Shown: positions 23,071 to 34,020 of the stretch, one piece after another
Layout: each line of letters opens with the position of its first letter
How positions within the stretch are numbered: position 1 is the stretch's first letter
Assembly (NCBI GenBank): GCA_036785375.1
Contig: JAWMAR010000256.1
Coordinates: 434,001-498,000 of the forward strand
Length of the DNA: 64,000 nt
DNA from: Leucoraja ocellata
Lineage: Eukaryota
Direction: 5' to 3'
Notes under the pieces: generated by a model
What the model was told of the DNA's origin: nothing
The model's input: the letters and a program-made list of their open reading frames with translations, nothing else
The model's database searches: none
Translations under genes and position numbers: made by a program

Positions 23071-25344
23071 GCTGATGGCAACTTCAAATGTTGGCTCCCA
23101 ATAGCTCCATTGCAACAGAGAGAGCATTTGTAGAAATGTATTTCCTATACTTCTCAGAATTTTCAGCCTACAAAACTACTGACATTACTGGATGACATTC
23201 TCTCTCGCCCCCATTGTCAGCACTCACTTTCCCACAGCCCCAATCACATGAATGTGGAAAGAACAGAGGTTGAGTTCTAATACTGACAATCTCTAGAGCT
23301 GCACCCATATGTATGCTGTAAATGCTTTTAGTAAAAAGGTGCTTCCTTATGGTTGTGGCAGACTACCTCTTGTTATAATGGAAAATCAATTAATATGAAG
23401 CAATGGAACCATTTTAGGTTCATTTATTGGTTCAAAATTGGTTCTGATCATTTAACTGATAAATCATGGGATGTTTAAATATTAAATAAGTTTTCTTTCT
23501 ATGATAAGAAATTGATTACAAAAGAGCAATAGAATGAACTAAAAAGTATCAAAATAAGTGAGCATGAAATGAAATGACATCAGTGAATTTGTTGATACAT
23601 ATTGAAAACTCTCACTTACCAGAAAATACAATGAGAATTATGCTTCTGAGGTGCAAGACAGCTGCTAATCATTGTTTATCTATTTAAGCCACCATCTTTA
23701 GAGTTGCATTGGTCATTATCATGCTTAATTTGCTCTCATGTTGGTGATCTCATGTTACCTTTAAGATAAAAAATAGACTATCTGAGACAACATATTTCTA
23801 ACAGCTCTTTAGCTTTATAAAGACAGATGGATGCCTGCCTCAAATATTTCTGGGATACTTTATGGGAGTGCCTCCAGTATTTGTCAGTGCCTCCAGTATT
23901 GTGGGTGTCACACCCATACCTACTGATGTGGTTCAACTTTATCCTGGAAAGGCATGGAATTAAGCAACTCTGGATTGTCTACATGGATACTTTTGATCTA
24001 AATTGCATTGGAAACCACTCCAAAATTAAAAGCATCTGTAAAAATGTGAAATGTTTGTTTCCTATGTCTGGTAGAAACAACACCAACTCTTTTAGGCACA
24101 TGTTCATGTCAAGGGGGAAAAAAAAGAACTTATTCAGAAATAACTCCAGGGACATTCCTTTTACATATTATAGAAAAGTTTTAATCTATATTCATTGACA
24201 TCTTTTAGCTATTTTAATGTACTTTGTGAAGAATTGTTTCTAATTTGCTACCATGTTCGCAAGAAAATTAGCACCAAGATTAATGAAGAATCTTGTTATG
24301 TAGTATAATCAAAGCCATTTGAGAGATTGCACAATTAAATGTGATGTCATTATTTTCCAACATAAATACATATGACGGTGCCAGTTCATTTCTTGTGGTG
24401 AAAAATGAGAAAATGTAGTTGAATATTTCTTAAACAATCCTGATGTTTAATTGATTTGAGGCAGAAGGTAACCTCCACACAGTGTTCTAAGATGTGTATT
24501 GTGTAGACTTTGTAAATGTGACAATTTTACGTAAACGTCAACTAAACACAAAGTACGTGATTACAAGTTTGCATTGTTCAGTGTTCACGGTGTTCCGATC
24601 GTCAGGAGATGCTGGAGGCAGGGAAGCGAGATCTTCTGTGCACAAAAGAAAATCCTGTGTAAAAGTGATCTCAAACCTATCTAACTGACCTTCAACACAA
24701 CCACTGTACTTATGACCCTAATGAGGTGTGCCGAAGGGCAAGAAAGCATCAGTAACCAACTGCTATATCCTGTTGTATTATGGTTCAAATTAGATAATAA
24801 TTAATTACTCACAGAATCTTCAGTGCTGCGTAAACATGTTGGGATGTTGCCATTTATGTTGGCTGCCATACCACCTCAGTGCCATTTGTTTGGCCATTAT
24901 TGTTACTGCATTAGCTCCCCTAATACTTAATATCTATTCTAACTCACATTACACCTTCCATGTTTGTCGTTCTTAACTATTGTCAATCTTGATTAATGAA
25001 CCTTCATTAATAAACATCCTGTTTTCTGGTTTCCACCTTCAATTGCTGCTGTTGCATGGAATCAATTAGTCCGTACAATGTGATTTATTCTGCTAAGATC
25101 TTGGGAGCAGGTCAGAGTTCATTGATGTTAATTGTAACAGTTGCGTTTCCATACTAATAACAATGCCTTCTCTTTTTTAGCTAGATGGATTTTTGAAAAA
25201 AACATTTGACTGTTGTACCAACTGAACTCAAAAGACATTTGACTTTTAAACTTCTTTCAAATTTGTCAAATCAGATAGAAGTCTTTCACAACAGGAAAAC
25301 CATTGAATTCATCCTTAAACTCTTTGTGGGTGTAATTCAATATG

Positions 25345-25783
25345 AAAGAGAAATAAATAATTTGTATTACATCTTTCACAACGTTGTTATGTTCCAAAAC
25401 ACTTCACAGCCAATATTAATGCATTTTGTAACCCAAGAAAACATAGAAGCCAACTTTATACACAGCAAAGTCCCACAAATGACAAGAATTAAATGACCCT
25501 GTAATTGGTTTACTTCGCCATATTGGTTGAGAGATAAATACTGGCCTTGACAACCTTGCTGCTCTGGTTTTAATAGTAGCATGGGATCTTTTACATCCTA
25601 CTGAGAGAAGGTCGACAGTGTCTCGATTTAAAAATGCATCAGAAAGATGGTGCAGTACTTCCTCATTATCTCCACTAAATTGTCAGCCAGTATTACATGC
25701 TCCGTTCTCTGGAGTAGAGGTTTAAAACACAACCTCATGACTCACAGAGGCAAAACTGCTATCATTGAGCCAAAGCTGACAGC
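25345..25783 (-). mobile_element. Near full-length SacSINE1/Deu-domain SINE
   Basis: Reverse complement: tgtcagctttggctcaatgatagcag..gcctctgtgagtcatgaggttgtg...gtaaaagatcccatgctactatt...tatttatctctcaaccaa...ttgtgggactttgctgtg. Confidence 0.75.
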
Positions 25784-27040
25784 TTGTTAGATTGCTTTCG
25801 AGTTGATTTTAATTGCACTCTCTAAAGGAAAGACTAGCAACATTTCCACAATGCTTTTGTCTTCGGAATCATAGTAATTATCAAAATGTTAAGTTTTGTC
25901 AGTTTTATCTGCTCTGCTCAGCTATGTACGTAACCTGTAACACTATCTGTCAATAATGGGCGTAACTTTACGACTCCAGGCCACCAGTGAGGAACTTGGC
26001 CCACCAGCAGTGCAAATTAAAAATCTGAATGACTTTCCGACCATTGGTTGGAAAATGGTGGTCTGTGAATTGCTCAGTCTCTGATTTGTGCTGCCAGCAG
26101 GTGAGGGTGTGTGTCAGCAGCATGTACTTGTAAATCTACCCCTGATGTATAATTAAGAACTGCTGAAAATAAATGAAGCTGCAATACAACCCATTAATGC
26201 CTCCTTTCTTGGCACCTAATGAAGAATGACATTGGCAGTTCATTGGACCACACAAGATACTCCAGCTAATGCCAACTACGAGGCTGCACAAATTCATCAT
26301 CATCTCATTCTTTTTTTATTCATTGCCCTGCATATAAAAGTCCAATTTTCAATTAGTTAGTACGTGGTATTTTTTCATTGACAATTAAGTTTTAAAAGAT
26401 AAAGGTTTGCATCACCCATTTTGTTTAAGCATAAATCTCCATCAAAAAATGAGAGCCAGTGTTACCATAGTTCATGGGTCCGTAGTGGCATTGAAGTTCA
26501 CGTGCATCAGTTAAGGGCCTGTCCCACTTAAGCTATTTTATAGGCGACTACAGGTGACTAGGCTGTTGCCACATGGTCACTGGGGTGTCGCCTGTATGGT
26601 CGTGAGTAGTCTCCTCAGTCGCCCAGAGTCGTAGCGTCTTTCTGGTCGCCGTTGGGTTTTCAACATGTTCAAACCTTTTCGGCGACAGTCGCCAGGTAAC
26701 GTAGGTTGTCGCCGGTGCCGACTTTGGTGAATTCAATTGGCGACTACCTACGTCAACCGGCTTCAGGTACCGGCGACTGAATTGTCTTCAGTTGTCGCTG
26801 ACAGGGTCGTAGATTGCCGCGGGTGTGCGTAGATTGACTTCGGTATTCGTAGGTTGTCGCCTGTGTGGTCGTAGGTTTTAGGATGTCATGGGTATGGTCG
26901 TAGATGGACGTCCTAATGGGTCGCCGGTTGTCGGTTGCTTGACGTAGCTTGACGTCAACTAGGTGGTAGGTTGTTGTAGCTTGTCATTGTCCTAGACATT
27001 GGCATATGTTGAAATTGGCTTTTGATTTTTTTATTTATGT

Positions 27041-27214
27041 NNNNNNNNNNNNNNNNNNNNNNNNNNNNNNNNNNNNNNNNNNNNNNNNNNNNNNNNNNNN
27101 NNNNNNNNNNNNNNNNNNNNNNNNNNNNNNNNNNNNNNNNNNNNNNNNNNNNNNNNNNNNNNNNNNNNNNNNNNNNNNNNNNNNNNNNNNNNNNNNNNNN
27201 NNNNNNNNNNNNNN
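27041..27214. other. Assembly gap (N run)
   Basis: 174 N. Confidence 0.99.
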
Positions 27215-27220
27215 AAGATA

Positions 27221-27292
27221 TCATTCATTCAGTCATTCAATCAATCATTCATTCAAGCATTCAATTCATTCATTCATTCATTCATTCAATCA
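27221..27292. repeat. (ATTC)n imperfect microsatellite
   Basis: tcattcattc repeats beside the gap. Confidence 0.9.
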
Positions 27293-27431
27293 TAGGGGGG
27301 TCCAGTCGCCGGTTTTTCGGCGACCTGCTACGACTATGGCAAACGCCTAAAAATTGCTTAAATGGGACATCTCATTATGGCAATATCTCATTATGGCTAT
27401 AATGTTGTATTTAACCTACAACCGTCCTGTA

Positions 27432-27950
27432 TGGGTATGGCTGCCCAGCCTGCAGCTGTCCGTTTTTCACCTCTTTTTTTATTTTTAGTTAGTTAAAGTG
27501 TTTTGTTTCTGGAGTCTCCAGAAACAAAAGGGGGAACTGCTTTTCAGGTCCCTACCTGGTCGGGCAGCACCTTCGATCCATCCTCACAGCCTACCAGCGG
27601 GCCTGGAGCGGCGTTTCCTGCCGGGACTGGCCAGAACTTCGGCTTCGGCGGCGGTACAGCGCTGAAGCGCTATCATGGAGCGGGCGATGCCTTGCCCGGG
27701 TCGCCATGCTCGAACTCCGGTGAGCTGAGACCGCCGATAAAAACATCGCAGAGCTGCGGGCCTGTGGAGCGAGCCGCAGCGCTGAACTTTACATCGGGTG
27801 CCTGGGATGTCTCGCCGAGATCGCCAGTGGTGGAGCTCCATCCAGCGCGGCCTGTCGTCTTCGGAAGCCGCGGTCTCCGGTAAGGAAGCGGCCATTCCAG
27901 GTTTCCCATGCCGCTGTGAGGATTCTCCCGATGCCAGGGCACCATCATCC
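27432..27950. mobile_element. Unclassified GC/CpG-rich fold-back repeat
   Basis: Sharp GC shift against AT-rich flanks; internal inverted symmetry 27580-27923; perfect palindrome 27501-27529. Confidence 0.55.
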
Positions 27951-28204
27951 AAGTTAAACATCCAATCATTCCAACATTACTGTGACATGGTTGCAGTGCG
28001 TATTATATACAGTACATGGAGAGAGATAAACTATTGATGTCAATATTTCTACTTTCAAATTAATCTTGAAGTTGTATGCAATTTTAACTTGGACAAATGT
28101 TGCTCTTCATAGAACAGTGCAATACAGGAGTGGCTCCTTCTGCCTACAATTCCTGCGCCGAACATGATGCCAAGTTAAGCTGATCTCATCTGTCTGTACA
28201 ATAT

Positions 28205-28427
28205 GCCCGTCCCACTTAGGAAACCTGAACGGATACCTCTGGAGACTTTGCGCCCCACCCAAGGTTTCCGTGCGGTTCCTGGAGGTTTTTGTCAGTCTCC
28301 CTACCTGCTTCCACTACCTGCAACCTCCGGCAACCATCTGTAACCTCCGGGAACCGCACGGAAACCTTGAGTGGGGCGCAAAGTCTCCAGAGGTTTCCGT
28401 TCAGGTTTCCTAAGTGGGACAGGGGCT
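28205..28427. mobile_element. Near-palindromic MITE (79-bp arms) inserted in a CR1 3' remnant
   Basis: 28209-28287 is the reverse complement of 28342-28420 with 3 mismatches; terminus gtgggacaggggct as in the 5260 element. Confidence 0.9.
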
Positions 28428-28969
28428 ATTTCTTGCACTTCCATGTGCCTTTCTAAAAGTCTCTTAAACAACACTTTATCTTCCTTTAACAATGCAAAGG
28501 TCAAATCCCAAATTTCCCTTACTAATAACATTACAGAAATACTTTAGCAACAAAGTCTGAAGTATCTCAAAGGATACATTCCACCAATGTTAACAGGACA
28601 GTGAAAATAAATAGGCTAGCATTGAGGATATTCTTAATGATATATGTTAAGCCACATCTCAGGTTAATCTATATATATTACAATTGAGATATCATATTTC
28701 ATTTGAGTCAAACATAGTTTTGTCATTGACTACATCTAGGTAGATTCAACCAATTTGATTGACAGAATTCCTAGTGCATCATTCAATAGCAAACAAAAGT
28801 CAGAAGATAGACCTCTTTTTATCCTTTGAGTCAAAGAAATAAAAGAGGAAACAAATCATTCTCTGTTCTTGTTACATTTCAGAAGTGAGTTTAGATAGGA
28901 AAATCTGACTCACACAACAGTTCTGACCCAAAAGGCTAAACAGAAAATGTGGGATAATGTGACATAGCA

Positions 28970-29712
28970 AAGGACACAAAGTGCTGGAGTAATTCAGCTT
29001 GGTCAGCCAGCACCTCTGGAGAGCATGGATAGATGACTCTTTGGACAGGACCCTTTTCAGACAGATTATGGGGGAGGGGGCAAGAAAGCTGGAAGAAAGG
29101 AAGAGCAGGACAAAGCCTGACAGCTAATAGGCAGAAGGGTCTCTTAAAACGTCACCTATTCCTTTACTTCAGAAATGTTGCCTGACCCGCTGAGTTACTC
29201 AAGCATTTTGTGTCTACCTTCGGTGTAAATCAACATCTGCAGTTCCTTCCTACACTGGTAATAGCTTGATACAGGTGAAGAGGTGTTTTTACAGGCAGAT
29301 GGCTGGATAAAGGCCAGTAGTGAAAAGATAGAATGTGTGAGACAAAAATAGTGATGAGTTATAAATTGTGAAGCTAGAAGAAGGAATTAGGTGCAATGGG
29401 AGAAGAGAAATAGGTGCAAGTTCAAGTGGGGGAAAGGGCAGGGGCTAGGGGAAAGAAGTGTGGGATGTGAGGATAGAAGTAAGGGGTGGGGGTTGTGTTT
29501 ACCTAAATTTGGAGAATTCAAATATTCATACTCATTGGGTTGTAAGTACCCAAGTGCAATATGAGATGCTGTTCTTCCAATTTGCATGTGGCCTCACTCT
29601 GGCCAATGTAGGAGGCTCAAGACAGAAAGGTCATGTTGGGAATGGGAAGAGGAGTTAAATTATTAGTATCCAGGAGAACTAGTAGGCCTTAACGGACTGA
29701 GAGCAAGTGCTT
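28970..29712 (-). mobile_element. Penelope-like element 3' portion (GIY-YIG end plus pLTR), with nested short copy 29133-29255
   Basis: Reverse strand reads degenerate HL.SVR.GLL..P...FNS.SHS...GLLH..SEAT.KLEEQHLI..LG.LQP..MNI.FS.F. Confidence 0.8.
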
Positions 29713-30122
29713 GATCTTCCAAGGCCTTCTGGATCTCTCAATTATTAACCATTTAATCTCAACTTCCATTCTCATACCGACCTTTTTGCCTTGCACCATC
29801 GCCATTGCCAGACTGAGGCCACACAAACTGGAGGAACAGCACCTCATATTCTTTGGTGGTTTATAATCCAACAATCTGAACATCGAATTTTAGATAACTA
29901 CCCCCACCCCCTTTGTCTGATCATCTGCCTATCAAAAATCCCCTCACCCATATCAACCTTGTACCAGCCAGACCTTCTCCTGTCCGTCATCTCTTCCAGC
30001 TTTCTTCCCCACCCACCCCCACCAAAATCATTCTGAAGAAGGGTCCCAACCTAAAATGTCACCTGCCCATATTCTCCAGAGATTCTGCCTGTAAACCAGC
30101 ATATGTGGTTCCTTATTTCTAC
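29713..30122 (+). mobile_element. Penelope-like element 3' portion, inverted relative to the adjacent copy
   Basis: cattgccagactgaggccacacaaactggaggaacagcacctcatatt (CQTEAT.KLEEQHLI); pLTR ctgaagaagggtcccaacc at 30033. Confidence 0.8.
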
Positions 30123-30799
30123 TTTCTCCGTGGATTATTCTTATTCTTATTCATAAGCAAAAGTTAAATGAAGTTTTTCTTGATTATAACCTGCCTTCTG
30201 TAAAATCAACCTGTAATTGGCCTTGACTGATTCAAATCTCTTCAGTTTGGCAACTGGCAGATTGGCAAGGTGCACTTAATGTTAGATGCAACACCCAGAA
30301 CATCTAATTCGGACCACAAGGGGGTACTCTTGTAGTGCCCTCAGGTCATGCCTCTGTGCAAAGTGTCAGTGGACGTTAAAAAGTACTCCTTTAATGTCAT
30401 GGACTATGTGGACAGATCCTCCTGAATCCAAAACAATATTGAAAGTGGATGAACATTTTCATATGGAGCAATACCTTAACATAAATAATGTATTAGTAAC
30501 TTATAATTCGGTACAAGAAAACAAAAATGTATCACATCAGATTATATTTCAAAGCCAATTTTGCCACCTGGCTACAGAAGTCAAAGGATGCATTAGCTGT
30601 GATCTTCCATAATTTCCTATATTCTAGAATGGTTCCCTCGATTTGAAAAGTATCCAATAAAAGAATTGTTCAAGAGAAGAGAGAGAGAGAGAAAAATTAT
30701 TATTGTTTTTCTCTGATAAAAGTAATAGAAAAATATGGTCACAATTTATCATTGGGTATTGGTGCAAAACCATATGATTACAGACTGTCACCAAAGTTT

Positions 30800-31450
30800 T
30801 ATAAAAGGGAAACAATATCTATGGTTCTTTTAGATTTGTTTTGATGCAGAAACTGGCAGGGTGGATACAGGAGAACCAATGGAAGTGTAAAATTTAGATT
30901 TTCACAAGAGGTTTGATAAAATGCTGCATAATGGATTGTTATACAAGGCGGCTCAAGGAATATTTGCTCATATGAACTGGGATTAACAACACATGGCAGA
31001 GCAGGAAGTAGACGTCAGTGGGCCAATGTCAGGACGGCAGATGTAAACAGATGCTAGGATCAGGGCTTCAATCTCAGCTACCTACAATGTACAGTTACTT
31101 CTCGAATGAAGGAATTCAGTATAATATATTTATGTTTGCCAATGATACCATACTGGGAGGTATAGGAGAAAAAAATAAGCCTTGAGGAGGATATAGGGAG
31201 GTTGCAAAACAATGCAGACCAATTAAGTGATTAAGCGAGAAAGTGCCAGGTGGGGTACAATATGGGAAATGTGAATGTATCCACTTCAGTTAAAAAGCTA
31301 GAAAGTAAAATAAGTTTTAAAGGAGACTAATTGGGAAATTTGGGGCTTCCAAAAGAAAAGATAGTACCCAAATCACAGAAATCTAAAGCGTAGATGCAGC
31401 AAGCCATTAGAAAGGGAAAAGATGAATTAGGTTTAATTGGAATGGGGTTC
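30800..31450 (+). mobile_element. Highly degenerate CR1 RT remnant
   Basis: ttagattttcacaagaggtttgataaa (LDF.K.FDK) and atgtttgccaatgatacc (FA.DT). Confidence 0.6.
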
Positions 31451-31849
31451 AGAATCATTGTAAAGTACTACTTAATGCATTATCTTCATTAGCTAATAAA
31501 TCTCAATGTAAAGGGCATCAGTTAGATCCACACATCATCCGTAGACAGATAATCACAATGCTGTGTACAATGCAGCTGTTAATTGAGTCTTGTGCAGAAC
31601 TTACAGCTGGTCCACATCAAAAAACTTCAAGTGCATGGTGCAAATGTGATTACAGTGCTTTTTCTGCAAAGTAAAAATGTCATACTGCTGTTCTTAATCT
31701 GTGTGGGAATCAAAATGATTCAGATCAGACTCATCAAAACAGGCTGATTCAACTAACCACTGGACTTCTACCCCCGTGTTCAATATAGCAGATACAGCAA
31801 ACTCTATAATTAGAGCTTGTGACACATCTCCTACTTTTGAAGGTAAGGT

Positions 31850-32165
31850 ACTCCTGTCCGACTCCACAAGGTAATTCAAGAGCTCTCCCGAGTTAAAAAA
31901 AAAATCAAACTCGTGGTAAACACATAGAATGTATGTAGCGGGTATGTCAGAGGTCGGGACGTCTCTTAGTGGCTCGTAATGCTAACAGCAGGTACTCGGG
32001 AAATGCGGTAAGCTCGTGAAGACTCGTGAAGATTTTTTACCATGTTGAAAAATGTCCACGAGAGCCCCGAGTACCTACGAGCGGCTATTACCGTAATTCT
32101 CCGAGTTCGAATCAAGGAAAACTCGGGGGAACTCTTGAATTAGCTCGTACAGTGGAACAGGCCCT
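31850..32165. mobile_element. MITE (PIF/Harbinger-like ends), left tip degraded
   Basis: Right end agtggaacaggccct|TTA; subterminal inverted repeat taattcaagagctctcccgagtt / aactcgggggaactcttgaatta. Confidence 0.75.
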
Positions 32166-32859
32166 TTAGCAATGAAAATATTCAGTAAGAGGATGTTGCC
32201 AGTAGTCTACTGATCTTATAAACAACAAGCGGAACCATCCAATCCTTGGAACATCAAAGAGAAGGAAAGGTTTACTAAAGAACTACATTGCTGAAATAAA
32301 ATTATAGTAGACCATTAATCCAGTCAAAATGAGCATTGGCGATCTGGTTTATCAGGTGAACAGATCAATTATGCATGTTTGTGATGGCTTCATATGATCA
32401 TATGTGAAAGTGGCAAAATTAGGCCATTCAGCCCATAAAGTCTACTCCACCATTCAACCATATCTGATCTAACTTTACCTCTTAACCTCATTCACCTGCC
32501 TTCTCCCCATAACCCTTAATACCTCAATCCATAACCCTGAGTTATATAGGATTCTGGAAAAAAATCACAAACATCTTTCTTTGTGCAGCATATGATTGCA
32601 GCCCATTGGACAATGTCCCCATTTTTGCTCATTTACATCATTTTTAGCAGGACATCTGGAAGCCACACTCAGTGAAATGTTCTTCTTATATCAAGATGAG
32701 TGTTTTTTCCCCATCTCACCTCTGGAATTGGAATTCATCTCTCTGATTCATGTTTGAGCCAAGAATGTGCAGACAGGCGGTCATGGTGAAACTCGAATAG
32801 CACAAAGGAGAGCAGGGTAAAACAATGATCTTATAGAGGTGTATTGTTCTTATGGAGGT

Positions 32860-33090
32860 AGAATAGAATAGTGTATTTATTGTCATTGTAACATGAACCA
32901 TGTACAACAAAATTTAAAAATGTCAGCCAGTCAGTGCACCATTCAAACATTTCTAAAAGCTAACGATACATACAAGATAAAATATTAAAAGATAAACAAC
33001 TAAAATAAATATCACGAAAATAGCACGCCTAAACACCCAACCCTCCATCCTTCTGTCGATTTCACAGTGTACCACATTCCCTTAGTATAG
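32860..33090 (-). mobile_element. LINE 3' UTR fragment with (GAATA)n tail inserted into the CR1 minisatellite
   Basis: gaatagaatagtgtatttattgtcattg: reverse-oriented tail plus AATAAA. Confidence 0.55.
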
Positions 33091-33093
33091 TAA

Positions 33094-33215
33094 AGGTGTA
33101 TTGATCTTATAGAGGTGTATTGGTCTTATGGAGGTGTATTGATCTTATAGAGGTTTATTGGTCTTATGGAGGTGTATTGGTCTTATGGAGGTGTATTGAT
33201 CTTATAGAGGTGTAT
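33094..33215 (+). repeat. 19-bp minisatellite (6 units plus partial) derived from CR1 coding sequence
   Basis: aggtgtattgatcttatag / aggtgtattggtcttatgg units running into CR1 DLIEVYKIM. Confidence 0.9.
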
Positions 33216-33568
33216 AAAATCATGAGTGGAATAGATCGGATTGATGCAGAGTCTCTTGCATAGAGAAGGCAAATCGAGAACCAAAGGACATAGGTTTAAG
33301 GTGAGGGGGAGAGATTTAATAGGAATCTAAGGGGTAACTTTCTCACACAAAGGGTGGTGGGTGTATGGAACAAGCTGCCAGAGGAGATAGTTGAGGCAGG
33401 GACTATTGCAATGTTTAAGAAACAATTAGACAGATACATGGATAGGACAGGTTTGGAAGGATATGGGCCAAGTGCAAGCAGGTGGGACAAGTGTAGATAC
33501 GGCATCTTGTCGGCGTGGGCAAGTTGGGCCAAACAGCCTGATTCCACTCTGTATGATTCTATGACTCT
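33198..33568 (+). mobile_element. CR1 LINE 3' end
   Basis: DLIEVYKIMSGIDR; ORF 33354 VGVWNKLPEEIVEAGTIAMFKKQLDRYMD; tail attctatgactct. Confidence 0.9.
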
Positions 33569-33839
33569 AGCAGGCACCTACCCGGCACTTCTGAGGGAAA
33601 TGGTTGCAAATGAGTGGAACTAATTTCAACTTTGCCAGACTGAGTACACTGGCATCCTTGAACTGACCAATCTAATATATAATCACATTAAAGCTGAATC
33701 ATATCCAGAATATATGAAGAACACTTTACATTCCACATTTCTACCTATTTCCTTTTGTTTCAACTGCTGTGACCAAAAAGTGTAGTAAAAATGTATTGAC
33801 TTTCATTGATGAGTAGGTAGAGCAGGACAATATGATTGA

Positions 33840-34020
33840 TAAAAACACTAGGTGCTGGCGTTGCTCAACAGGTCAGGTAGCATCTCTGGAAGACAAGGGT
33901 CTGAAGTAGAGTCCCAACCTAAAACATTGCCTATCCATCTCCTCCAGAGATGCTGCCTAACACGCTGAGTTACTCCAGCACTGTTTTTCAATATCAGCAT
34001 CTGCAGTTCCTTGTGTCTCC
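33840..34020. mobile_element. Penelope-derived inverted pair
   Basis: caggtagcatctctggaag mirrored by ctccagagatgctgcct; gggtctgaagtagagtcccaacc core variant. Confidence 0.7.

Larger units (their letters stand above)
26514..27375. mobile_element. MITE (PIF/Harbinger-like ends) with many GTCGCC/GTCGTAG internal motifs; spans the gap
   Basis: TTA|agggcctgtcccacttaagctattttataggcg ... cgcctaaaaattgcttaaatgggaca; right tip degenerate. Confidence 0.78.

Noticed and set aside
25958-26142. Possible old MITE (gggcgtaacttt...aaatctacccc, central hairpin near 26034-26054)
   Set aside because: Termini too degenerate and no TSD, so it cannot be supported.
26955-27402. ORFs spanning X runs
   Set aside because: Artefacts of the N gap and the (ATTC)n repeat.
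27503-28037. Overlapping GC-rich ORFs / CpG-island promoter of a nested gene
   Set aside because: ORFs in several frames on both strands simply reflect GC content; no domain or splice structure; sharp edges suggest an inserted repeat.
33094-33215. CRISPR-like array
   Set aside because: Contiguous tandem units without unique spacers, derived from CR1, in a vertebrate context with no cas genes.
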